The notes beneath the pieces were generated by a model. That model saw only the letters and a program-made list of their open reading frames with translations, had not been told where the DNA came from and ran no database searches. Shown in pieces: positions 33,918 to 43,049 of a DNA stretch of 64,000 nt. Source of the stretch: Pseudomonadota bacterium (GTDB taxonomy: Bacteria > Pseudomonadota > Alphaproteobacteria > Caulobacterales > Hyphomonadaceae). The first letter of the stretch is position 1, and the number at the start of each line of letters is the position of its first letter. The stretch is taken from positions 192,970 through 256,969 of the forward strand of contig JBCBFK010000004.1 in assembly GCA_038527765.1 (NCBI GenBank), written 5' to 3'. The position numbers and the translations under genes were made by a program.

Positions 33918-35066
33918 ATGACTGTACAAAGCATGCGTCCGGAGCTCAGCGAGAACGACATCATTCGCCTGATGAAAGGCGAATCGTCAGAAGAGCGCGC
34001 GACTGTCGCCCATCGCCTGTGTCGTCGAATCGCGACCGATGTCCTGAGCGATGGGGAACGCCAGTACGCCGATGAAATCATTCAGATTCTCGCCAAAGAC
34101 ACAGCTGAGCTGGTGCGTCGCACATTGTCAGTGACGCTCAGAAACTCGCCGCGTTTGCCGCACAGCGTTGCCGTTCAATTGGCCCAAGACGTTGAATCCG
34201 TTGCCATTCCATTGCTGGAAAACTCGCCTGTCTTCTCTGATGAAGATCTGATCGAGTTGGTTTTATCTGTCACAGCGGCCAAACAGGCAGCGATTGCCGG
34301 GCGCGCCTCGATTTCAGGATCGCTTTCAGAGGTGATCTGTGAGCACGCGTCGGAAATTGCGGTCGAGACGATTGCCTCCAATCAAGGTGCGGAGCTGACG
34401 GATCGGGCTTTCGAGCATTCGATTGAACGGTTCCCTGCGAACCAGACAATGCATGAGGGGCTGGTTCTACGGGATCACGTGCCGGTGCATATCGCTGAAA
34501 AAATGGTGTCTTTGGTCTCAGGCCAAGTGTTTGATCTGCTTATCAATCGCCATGAATTGCCAGCGCAGCTTGCGATTGACCTTGCCGCAGGTGCCCGTGA
34601 GCGGGCGACGATCGACCTGGTTGAACAGGCCGGGCGAACCAATGATCTGTCGCGCTTTGTGTCTCAGCTCAATTTGAACGGACGTTTGACGCACTCGCTT
34701 GTCATGCGCGCGCTTTGTGTCGGGCATATGCCTTTTGTAGAGCATGCGCTCGCAGAGTTGTCTGGTGTTCCGCATTCGCGCGCCTGGCTTATGATCCATG
34801 ATGCAGGACCACTTGGATTGCAGGCGATCTTCGATCGCGCCGGACTGCACCGCAAATTACTCCCCGCCTTCCGAGCCGCGGTGAAAGTCTTTCATGAGCT
34901 GGAACTCGATGGTGAAGCGAATGACAAAGCGCGCTTCCGTATGCGTATGATTGAGCGGGTGCTGACGCAGTTCCAGGCCATCCCTAAAGATGACCTCGAT
35001 TACCTTCTGGAAAAGCTCGACGCCTACGCCGAACAGGCAAAGCATCGGGAAGAGAGCGCCGCTTAA
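33918..35066 (+). CDS. DUF2336 domain protein
   Basis: 382 aa, all-helical and repeat-like (HEAT-like). Its layout matches my recollection of alphaproteobacterial DUF2336 proteins. Confidence 0.7.
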   Translation: MTVQSMRPELSENDIIRLMKGESSEERATVAHRLCRRIATDVLSDGERQYADEIIQILAKDTAELVRRTLSVTLRNSPRLPHSVAVQLAQDVESVAIPLLENSPVFSDEDLIELVLSVTAAKQAAIAGRASISGSLSEVICEHASEIAVETIASNQGAELTDRAFEHSIERFPANQTMHEGLVLRDHVPVHIAEKMVSLVSGQVFDLLINRHELPAQLAIDLAAGARERATIDLVEQAGRTNDLSRFVSQLNLNGRLTHSLVMRALCVGHMPFVEHALAELSGVPHSRAWLMIHDAGPLGLQAIFDRAGLHRKLLPAFRAAVKVFHELELDGEANDKARFRMRMIERVLTQFQAIPKDDLDYLLEKLDAYAEQAKHREESAA

Positions 35067-35752
35067 GCGTCGGCGCGCATCCGAAAGCCATATTCAACGC
35101 CAAGTTCGTTCAGAAAATACGTATCACGCCAATTGGCATTTTCGGCAATCACGAGCATTCCGGCGCAAGCGGCCATATCGATCCGATCTTGCAGGGCTTC
35201 ATCGTCTTCAATCTTGCGAGCGTCGACACGAAGGCTGTCGAGTAGGATCCGCAAATTGTGGTCCAGCGGACATTGCCAAGAGCGCGTCGAATTCAGCGAT
35301 ACTCTGAAACCGCATTTGCGCAGGGCTTCGATCCCTGCTTGAGCGCCACGGGCTGCGGGCAGAGCCAAAGCGGCGTCTTGAACTTCCAGGCAAATTTCCT
35401 GCGGGCACAGCTTGGTGCGCGCGATGGCGGCGTCGCAAGCGATCGCAGTGTCCGGATGAATCAATGCGACCAGCGGCAGTTCCACAATAACCGGGCGCTC
35501 GGTGGTCCGATTATGGGCATCGTGCGCGACCGCCTCGACGTGTTCGGCCATCCACTGCGCAGGGGTGGCAACCCGGCTGCCTTCTGCAGCCCGGGTTGCC
35601 GGTCCGAACACCGCACGCTCTTCGAAGCGCTTTTCGGTTTCGGCAAACAAAAGCACCGCATCACCTGTTTCCAGATGCATGACGGGCAAAAGCCGGTTGC
35701 GGGGGGCGGGCGCAGTTTCTGCACCGCAAGAGCTGTGGGAGAGAGAGCGCAT
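35063..35752 (-). CDS. EAL-like domain protein lacking catalytic residues
   Basis: 229 aa. EAL block order is recognisable, but DDFGTG is replaced by LNSTRS, KxD by RVD, AEGVE by AENAN and QG by GF. The start is uncertain (M1 at 35752 or M25). Confidence 0.55.
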   Translation of the reverse strand: MRSLSHSSCGAETAPAPRNRLLPVMHLETGDAVLLFAETEKRFEERAVFGPATRAAEGSRVATPAQWMAEHVEAVAHDAHNRTTERPVIVELPLVALIHPDTAIACDAAIARTKLCPQEICLEVQDAALALPAARGAQAGIEALRKCGFRVSLNSTRSWQCPLDHNLRILLDSLRVDARKIEDDEALQDRIDMAACAGMLVIAENANWRDTYFLNELGVEYGFRMRADA

Positions 35753-35866
35753 TCTGCTTCCGTGACGTTACGACAAGCATCCTACGTACAGAAACATAGT
35801 TGAAATCACGCGCATGACGACGTGAGGATTTCTGAGAAATTTGATCGAACTTCTTTCGGAGTGCTT

Positions 35867-36679
35867 ATGTCCGAGCCTGCTGAACCCCGTCTCTCCGCCA
35901 CGATCCTTTTGCTGCGCGATCAGCCGAGCCTGCAAGTTCTGCTGGTCAAACGGCATTATGAAATCGATTTCGCCTCTGGCGCTCTGGTGTTTCCGGGCGG
36001 AAAGGCAAATGATGAAGATGGGGATCCGGCGTGGGCAGACTGGACGGATGGTGACTTTGATGGACAAGAACAAGCCGCGCGGATTTCTGCCATTCGAGAA
36101 GCGTATGAAGAGGCTGGGATCATCCTTGCCCGTCCGAGGTCGAACCGAGGGGCAGAGGCCAGCCTTGTTGGGCAGGATATGGTTGAGAAACTGGCGTCCA
36201 TGCGGGGGCCGATCGACCGGCGTGAGGCAAGTTTCCTGGACCTCATGAAGGAGCACGATCTCGTCTTGGCGCTCGATACGCTCGTGCACTTTGGGCACTG
36301 GATCACGCCAACGATGATGCCGAAACGCTTCGACACGCATTTCTATCTCGCTGCGACCCCGCCTGGACAGGTGGCTGAGCAAGATGGTCGGGAGACCACG
36401 GAAGCGGTCTGGCTCGGTGCGCAGGAAGCCCTCGATATGGAAGCCGCGGGCACGGCGACGATTATTTTTCCGACCCGTATGAATCTCGGAAAACTGGCCG
36501 AAACGGCATCTGTGGAGGCGGCCCTAAACCGATTTTCATCTGAGGCTGTGGTTACTGTGCTTCCAGTGATCGGAAAAGACGAGTCTGGAGACCCTTGCTT
36601 GCATATCCCAAAAGAGGCCGGATACATGCAAGTGACCGAGCCTTTGCAGCGGGTCGCGAACGTCGCGAAGAGCAAATGA
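35867..36679 (+). CDS. NUDIX hydrolase
   Basis: It has a Nudix box (GGKANDEDG...REAYEEAGI). ATG 35867 is preferred over the GTG at 35822. Confidence 0.85.
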   Translation: MSEPAEPRLSATILLLRDQPSLQVLLVKRHYEIDFASGALVFPGGKANDEDGDPAWADWTDGDFDGQEQAARISAIREAYEEAGIILARPRSNRGAEASLVGQDMVEKLASMRGPIDRREASFLDLMKEHDLVLALDTLVHFGHWITPTMMPKRFDTHFYLAATPPGQVAEQDGRETTEAVWLGAQEALDMEAAGTATIIFPTRMNLGKLAETASVEAALNRFSSEAVVTVLPVIGKDESGDPCLHIPKEAGYMQVTEPLQRVANVAKSK

Positions 36680-37476
36680 CCCGAGCGTTTGGAGACTGCG
36701 TCGAGCTAACCCAGGACGGATCGATCGCGACCGTGAAATTGGATCGCGGAGATGGCCGTAACGCCCTGTCTTTAAAGGCCATGCAGGCGCTTATCGATAC
36801 CGCTGATTATCTCAAAGCTGACACGACGAACAATGTTGTGCTCCTGACCAGTGTGGGCGCTTTTACGGCGGGGGCTGATTTGAAGGACCCAGATCGCGCC
36901 GAAATCGCCAAGGGCACGCGCCTTGAACAACGCCAGTCGCTGAAACTCGGTCCAGATATGTGTGCGGCGTGGGAAGCGCTGGAGCAGATCACCATCGCCG
37001 CAATCGAGAAATATTGTATCGGCGGCGGCGTTGCGCTCGCTGTGGCGTGCGACCACCGGATAGTCGCCCAAAACGCCCACTTTCGTCTGCCCGAAATCCC
37101 ATTGGGGATGAATATGAGCTGGCAAACCAATCCGCGCACTGTGGCGCTTGTTGGCCCTTCACGCGCCAAACAATTCACGATCCTAGGTGAGCCCTGTGAT
37201 GCGGAGACGGCATTGGCTTGGGGCCTTGCGGATCAGGTGACGCAAGAGGGTCGCACCCTCGAAGCCGCACAAGAGCTGGCGGTGCGATATGCAAAGGTCC
37301 CCCCGATTGCTCTGCGTATGACCAAACAGGCGATCAATGTTGCGGCTATGCCGCTTGGCCATACGACCAGTTTCATGGATCGCGATCAGTTTGCATACGC
37401 GTCGACCACCAGCGATCAAAGCGAAGCCATCCAAGCGTTCCTGGAAAAGCGCGCCCCCGATTTTAAAGGCGATTAG
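36676..37476 (+). CDS. Enoyl-CoA hydratase/isomerase family protein
   Basis: ATG 36676 overlaps the NUDIX stop (ATGA). The crotonase blocks are FTAGADLKD and GGGVALAVACD. Confidence 0.88.
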   Translation: MTRAFGDCVELTQDGSIATVKLDRGDGRNALSLKAMQALIDTADYLKADTTNNVVLLTSVGAFTAGADLKDPDRAEIAKGTRLEQRQSLKLGPDMCAAWEALEQITIAAIEKYCIGGGVALAVACDHRIVAQNAHFRLPEIPLGMNMSWQTNPRTVALVGPSRAKQFTILGEPCDAETALAWGLADQVTQEGRTLEAAQELAVRYAKVPPIALRMTKQAINVAAMPLGHTTSFMDRDQFAYASTTSDQSEAIQAFLEKRAPDFKGD

Positions 37477-37550
37477 CGCGCGCCATAGCAACCTGCGGCG
37501 CGGGAGCGGACCGACGGGAGCTTAGACGCCCCGACTCTCGCAATTACGGA

Positions 37551-38459
37551 CTAATATAGCTCGCGGACACAGCTTTCGACCGATGTATCGAGTTCAAACG
37601 TCACGGGCGTTGGTGACGTTCGCGGTCCTTTTTGAGTGGCAGCTTTGTGAACCCGCGCGAACGCCGCTTTGGCCAGTGCGAAAGGTCCGACCTGCTGACC
37701 AACCTTGGGAGAGAGAGGTGTCGACTTTCGGATCAGCTTGTTTGTGTAAATTGCATTCGACGCCACGAAGCTGGAGAGCGTTTGATACTCGCAGGATAGC
37801 GATACGTTCATACAATCGGCATTCTCTACCCGGTGCGGCATAAATTGAGGCCAGGTCAGTCCCATGCCGGGTTCGAGGTCATAAAGCGTGGCCGTCTGAT
37901 CATAGGCCTTGCGATAGGGTAACTCTTCTTCGCGGGACATATGCACAATGTCTTCAATAAACGACGAGGGGGCGACGGCCTCGCTGCGGGGATACATCCA
38001 AAGGCGCTTTTGGCCGCGCATTTGAAACAAAGCGACCATCGGAATATCGAGATGATAGTGGACTTTGACGTTCGGTGAAGAAATCAAGACGGAGACATCG
38101 CGCTTATGGGTCTTACGTCCGGTCGCGTCTTCCAGGCTGCTATAGATCGCATCGGCAATCGGCTCGAGTGCGGGGACGTCGATATTTGCGCGGCGCATGT
38201 TCAACCAGATATGGCCTCGCTTGACGGCCTCAACAATCTGCGCGCCGCTCAGCTTTGGTGCCCGACCCCGTAGCGATGTGTTGATGCCTTCGCCTTCTTT
38301 GCCAAATGTCCAAATGTCGAGGCTCTCGCGCGGATAAACGTCGAGCAAGTACGCCAGACCATCGTCCATGAAGAGGTCTGTGTTTGAGACATCGTGCTCA
38401 GCGAGCAAGACGTCTTTCCCAAAAGCCGTTTCAGAATGGTCCTGCCACCGCACAAACAT
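37551..38459 (-). CDS. Cupin-fold protein, putative Fe(II)/2OG-dependent oxygenase
   Basis: 302 aa with an HxD (HYHLD) and a distal His (FMPHRVEN) in a predicted beta-rich context. No closer assignment. Confidence 0.55.
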   Translation of the reverse strand: MFVRWQDHSETAFGKDVLLAEHDVSNTDLFMDDGLAYLLDVYPRESLDIWTFGKEGEGINTSLRGRAPKLSGAQIVEAVKRGHIWLNMRRANIDVPALEPIADAIYSSLEDATGRKTHKRDVSVLISSPNVKVHYHLDIPMVALFQMRGQKRLWMYPRSEAVAPSSFIEDIVHMSREEELPYRKAYDQTATLYDLEPGMGLTWPQFMPHRVENADCMNVSLSCEYQTLSSFVASNAIYTNKLIRKSTPLSPKVGQQVGPFALAKAAFARVHKAATQKGPRTSPTPVTFELDTSVESCVRELY

Positions 38460-38548
38460 CGCATATCCTCATCAACGCGTGATCCGATGCCGTGAGGGAA
38501 GCAAAATGAGGGCCAGCTCGAGCGAAATTGCGCGTTTCTGAGGTGACT

Positions 38549-40546
38549 CTAAATATCCAGCTCTTCAGCGAAGTGCGCATTCTCTTGGATAAAGCGGAAC
38601 CGGTGCTCTGCTTTTTTACCCATTAATGTGTCGATCAGCTCCGCTGGTTTGGCTTCTGTGAGCTCATCAATGCTGTCAGGGAGTGTGATCCGTGCGAGCG
38701 TCCGCGTCTCTGGATTCATCGTCGTTTCTTTGAGCTGAGACGGGTTCATTTCGCCAAGGCCCTTAAAGCGGCTCAGCTCGACCTTTTGGTTCGGTTTGAA
38801 CTCCAGCTCCATGAGGAGGTCCTTGTCCTCATCGTCCATCGCATAGACCGATTTGCCCTTATAAGAGAGCTTATAGAGCGGCGGCATCGCCATATAGAGA
38901 CGGCCACTTTCGATCAGGCCTGGGGTCATCTTGTAGAAGAAGGTGATGAGAAGCGCGGCAATATGGGCCCCGTCCACGTCCGCGTCGGTCATGATGATGA
39001 TTTTCTCATAACGAAGATCATCAATATTGAAGCGCGAGCCTGTGCCTGTGCCGAGCGCGAGGAGCAGATCTTGGAGCTCCTGGTTCTTGTCCATTTTGTC
39101 TGCGGTCGCAGAGGCGACATTCAGGATTTTTCCGCGCAGAGGCAAAATGGCTTGAGTCTTACGGTTCCGCGCCTGTTTGGCTGAGCCGCCCGCTGAATCC
39201 CCCTCGACGAGGAAGAGTTCTGTATCGCCCTTATTGTCCGAGCAGTCGGCAAGCTTGCCGGGAAGACGCAGCTTCTTGGTGGCCGATTTGCGCGCCACTT
39301 CTTTGGCTTTACGGCGGCGCGCGCGTTCATCGGCGCGTTCGACGGCCCAGGTGAGGAGCTTATCAGCTTCTTTCGGACTGCCCGCCAGCCAATGATCGAA
39401 CCGGTCGCGGACGCTGTTTTCGACTAGGCGGAAGGCGGCGGTAGTGGACAGCTTGTCCTTGGTTTGGCCGACAAATTCCGGATTCCGAATGAACACGGAC
39501 AAGAGCAAACCCGAGTGCCCCATAATGTCGTCCGCCGTGATCGATGTGCCTTTTTTTTGACCTGTCAGTTCGGCATAGTTGCGCATCGCTTTGGTGATCG
39601 CGGAGCGGAAACCGGCTTCATGCGTCCCGCCATCGGGGGTCGGGATCGTATTACAGTAAGACCGTGAAAAGCCGTCGGTTTCGCCGAAACCAGCATTCGT
39701 CCAGGCGATGGCCCATTCGACTTTGCCATCATCCGTTTCGACCAATCCGGCAAAATGCTGCTCGGTGATGGTGGCTTTGCCTTTGAAAACCTCGTCCAAT
39801 TGGTCCGCGAGGCCGTTAGGATACGACAGCGTCTTTTCGGCTGGGACTTTCGAGTCTTCCGGCAACAGCTCAGGATCGCATTTCCAGCGCACTTCAACGC
39901 CGCGATAGAGATAGGCTTTCGAGCGGGTCTGTTGGAACACGCGCTGCGGCTTGAAGCGGAGCTTCTCGCCGAAAATTTCATGGTCCGGCTTAAACCGCAC
40001 AGTCGTCCCGCGGCGGTTCGGGGCGGCGCCCATCAATTCAAGCGGGCCGGTGACTTTGCCGCGTTCAAAGGCTTGGAAATAAAGCTTTTTATCGCGAGCA
40101 ACTTCAACTTCCATCCGCTCTGAGAGGGCGTTCACAACCGAAGAGCCCACGCCGTGAAGACCACCAGCTGTCTCGTAGGCCTTGTTCGAGAACTTCCCGC
40201 CCGCATGCAGCGTGGTCATGATCACTTCGAGGGCCGATTTGCCGGGATACTTTGGGTGCTCGCCGACCGGGATGCCGCGGCCATTGTCGATCACTTCAAC
40301 ATAGCCATCGGCGCGCAGGTGCACTTCAATACGCGACGCATGACCGGCGACCGCTTCGTCCATGGAGTTATCAAGAATCTCGGCGAAGAGGTGATGATAC
40401 GCCCGCTCGTCCGTCCCGCCAATGTACATGCCGGGGCGTTTACGGACGGGTTCCAGGCCCTCAAGGACCTCGATGTCTTTCGCGCTATAGCCAGAAGGAT
40501 CAGTTTTCATATCGTCGAACAGGTTTGATTGCTTTGCAGCGCCCAT
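38549..40546 (-). CDS. parE: DNA topoisomerase IV subunit B
   Basis: It has a GHKL ATPase N-terminus (EILDNSMDEA, GGLHGVGSSVVNALS) and a Toprim domain (LFLVEGDSAGGSAKQ, PLRGKILNV). The length of about 665 aa, without the GyrB insertion, favours ParE. ATG 40546 is preferred. Confidence 0.9.
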   Translation of the reverse strand: MGAAKQSNLFDDMKTDPSGYSAKDIEVLEGLEPVRKRPGMYIGGTDERAYHHLFAEILDNSMDEAVAGHASRIEVHLRADGYVEVIDNGRGIPVGEHPKYPGKSALEVIMTTLHAGGKFSNKAYETAGGLHGVGSSVVNALSERMEVEVARDKKLYFQAFERGKVTGPLELMGAAPNRRGTTVRFKPDHEIFGEKLRFKPQRVFQQTRSKAYLYRGVEVRWKCDPELLPEDSKVPAEKTLSYPNGLADQLDEVFKGKATITEQHFAGLVETDDGKVEWAIAWTNAGFGETDGFSRSYCNTIPTPDGGTHEAGFRSAITKAMRNYAELTGQKKGTSITADDIMGHSGLLLSVFIRNPEFVGQTKDKLSTTAAFRLVENSVRDRFDHWLAGSPKEADKLLTWAVERADERARRRKAKEVARKSATKKLRLPGKLADCSDNKGDTELFLVEGDSAGGSAKQARNRKTQAILPLRGKILNVASATADKMDKNQELQDLLLALGTGTGSRFNIDDLRYEKIIIMTDADVDGAHIAALLITFFYKMTPGLIESGRLYMAMPPLYKLSYKGKSVYAMDDEDKDLLMELEFKPNQKVELSRFKGLGEMNPSQLKETTMNPETRTLARITLPDSIDELTEAKPAELIDTLMGKKAEHRFRFIQENAHFAEELDI

Positions 40547-40599
40547 AATGGTTTTCTCCCCGTAAGCCCATTCGCCCACTGATTCCAAGGACTTCCATC

Positions 40600-41916
40600 A
40601 TGACGATTAAGATTAATACGCCATTAACCCTCCCGTCTGGTGTAGAATTACCCAATCGGCTCGTGAAAGCGGCAATGACCGAGCGATTGGCGAATCCTAA
40701 AAATGAAGTCACCGGGCGTCATCTACGTCTCTACAGAGCCTGGGGAGATGGCGGCATCGGACTTCAGATCACAGGCAATGTTCAAGTAGACCGGCGAAAT
40801 CTGGAAGCGCCCGGCAATGTCGTCATCGATGGCGCGCCGTCAAATGAGCATGCTGTCATGCTGGGTAAATGGGCTGAAGCCTGCAAAGCGGGCGGCGGCA
40901 AAGTCGTGATGCAGCTCAGCCATGCCGGGCGCCAGACGCAGAAAATGGTCAATCCCGAGCCGGATGCGCCAAGCGCGGTTGCTGTGGATCTGCCCGGCGG
41001 GCAATTTGGGACGCCGCGTGCAATGACTGGAGACGACATTAAGCGCCTGATCGAGAAGTACGCAATCGCGACCAAAGCGGCGCGCGCGGCGGGCTTCGAC
41101 GGCGTGCAGATCCACGCCGCGCATGGCTATCTGATGAGCCAATTCCTGTCACCGCTGACCAATCAGCGCGACGACGAATGGGGCGGCTCGCTGGAGAATC
41201 GCGCGCGGATGCTGCTGGAGGTGATTAAAGCTTGCAAAGCTGAAGCTGGGCCCGGCTTTGGCGTCTCGATCAAGCTCAACTCGACCGATTTCCAGAAGGG
41301 TGGGTTTACGCAAGACGATTCCAAAGCGGTCATTGGCATGCTCAATCCGATCGGGCTTGATTTTGTTGAGATTTCTGGCGGCAATTATGAGCAGCCGAAA
41401 ATGATGGACATGGATGGCTTAAAGCCTGCGCATGATGAAAGTGTGCGCGAGAGCACCAAGCAACGCGAGGCCTATTTCCTCGATTACGCCAAGGAAGTGC
41501 AGTCGGTTGCTGATATGCCTTTGATGGTCACAGGTGGGTTCCGCACGGCGGCGGGCATGAATGCCGCCCTCGAGGCTGGAGAAGCGGATCTGAATGGGCT
41601 TGGACGCCCGCTTTGCGTGGATGTCGATGCGCCCGGCCAATTGGTGTCCGGCGAGATTGACGGGCTTGAGACTTGGGAGAAACGGTTGCGCATTGGGCCT
41701 GGTGTGTTTGGGCCGAACTCCTCGATCGGCATTTTCAAAGCGCTCAATGGCTTCGGCATGCAGGGCTGGTATTATCATCAACTCCACCGCATCGCGGATG
41801 GTTTGGAACCCAATCGCAAGCTCGGCGTCTTGAGCGCGTTTCTGAAGATGCAAGGGATCGACTCGAAGATGGCGAAGGCTTACCACGCCGATCTCAAACA
41901 CATGGAGACCGCATGA
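40600..41916 (+). CDS. Old Yellow Enzyme family NADH:flavin oxidoreductase
   Basis: 438 aa with the TIM-barrel OYE blocks VMQLSHAGRQ and GVQIHAAHGYLMSQFLSP. Confidence 0.9.
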   Translation: MTIKINTPLTLPSGVELPNRLVKAAMTERLANPKNEVTGRHLRLYRAWGDGGIGLQITGNVQVDRRNLEAPGNVVIDGAPSNEHAVMLGKWAEACKAGGGKVVMQLSHAGRQTQKMVNPEPDAPSAVAVDLPGGQFGTPRAMTGDDIKRLIEKYAIATKAARAAGFDGVQIHAAHGYLMSQFLSPLTNQRDDEWGGSLENRARMLLEVIKACKAEAGPGFGVSIKLNSTDFQKGGFTQDDSKAVIGMLNPIGLDFVEISGGNYEQPKMMDMDGLKPAHDESVRESTKQREAYFLDYAKEVQSVADMPLMVTGGFRTAAGMNAALEAGEADLNGLGRPLCVDVDAPGQLVSGEIDGLETWEKRLRIGPGVFGPNSSIGIFKALNGFGMQGWYYHQLHRIADGLEPNRKLGVLSAFLKMQGIDSKMAKAYHADLKHMETA

Positions 41917-43049
41917 GCCTTAGCATTTCGTCCGGATTCGATAGCGGCAACATCATCGTCAAAGATGCGAGTGATCCTAACAATGTCCGGCTTGAAATCG
42001 CGAAAGACCATCAGTCAGACTTCTATATGTGGTTCCATTTTCGGGTCGTTGGCGAAAAGGGACAAAAAGTTCGCCTGTTACTAGAAAACGCTGGGGGTGC
42101 ATCTTACACAAAAGGGTGGGAGACTTATTCTGCCGTCGTGTCGGCCGATTCCGAAACCTGGCGCCGCGTGCCGACCCAATATGACGGCAATACTCTGACC
42201 ATAGACGCAGAGCTCTCGCAGGGCGCGCTCTATGTGGCGTATTTTGCCCCCTATTCATCAGCGCGCCATCAACAATTGATCGCCGACACAATCAAGGATG
42301 ACCGGGCGCGCACGCAAGTGCTCGGCCAAACGCTGGATGGCCGCGATCTCGACATGATTACGATTGGGGCGCCGGGATCGGAAAAGCGAACGATCTGGGT
42401 CACAGCGCGCCAACACCCCGGCGAGACCATGGCGGAGTGGTGGATGGAAGGGTTCCTGAACCGTTTGCTGGATCCGATCTCCGCGGACGCAAAACACTTG
42501 CTCGAGCACGCCGTATTCCATGTGGTGCCAAATATGAACCCAGATGGCAGTGCGCGCGGGCATTTGCGAACCAATGCGGTGGGCGTGAATCTCAATCGCG
42601 AATGGCACGCGCCCACCCTGGAGAAGAGCCCGGAAGTTCATCTTGTCCTCCATAAAATGATTGAGACCGGATGCGATCTCGCCCTCGATGTGCATGGCGA
42701 CGAGGCTTTGCCTTACAACTTTATCGCAGGCACGGAGGGCATTCCGAGCTGGAGCGACCGGCTTGCCGGGCTCTTGGACAGTTTCAAAGCCGCTTATGTG
42801 AAGTCGTCGAACGGCGCCTTTCAGACCCAGTACGGCTACCCGGTCAATGCGCCGGGCAAGGCCAACCTTACGATTTGTAGCAACGCTTTGGCCGAGCGCT
42901 TCGAGTGTCTCGCAATGACGCTGGAAATGCCGTTTAAAGACGATGCCAATCATCCAGATCAAGAATTTGGCTGGTCTCCAGCACGGGCCAAGCAGCTTGG
43001 TGCTGACGTGTTAAGCCCTTTGCTGGCGGTTATGCCGAAACTTCGGTGA
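41913..43049 (+). CDS. M14 family zinc carboxypeptidase (cytosolic carboxypeptidase-like)
   Basis: ATG 41913 overlaps the OYE stop (ATGA). The zinc ligands are QHPGE (HxxE) and DVHGDE. It has an N-terminal beta-sandwich region and no signal peptide. Confidence 0.85.
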   Translation: MSLSISSGFDSGNIIVKDASDPNNVRLEIAKDHQSDFYMWFHFRVVGEKGQKVRLLLENAGGASYTKGWETYSAVVSADSETWRRVPTQYDGNTLTIDAELSQGALYVAYFAPYSSARHQQLIADTIKDDRARTQVLGQTLDGRDLDMITIGAPGSEKRTIWVTARQHPGETMAEWWMEGFLNRLLDPISADAKHLLEHAVFHVVPNMNPDGSARGHLRTNAVGVNLNREWHAPTLEKSPEVHLVLHKMIETGCDLALDVHGDEALPYNFIAGTEGIPSWSDRLAGLLDSFKAAYVKSSNGAFQTQYGYPVNAPGKANLTICSNALAERFECLAMTLEMPFKDDANHPDQEFGWSPARAKQLGADVLSPLLAVMPKLR

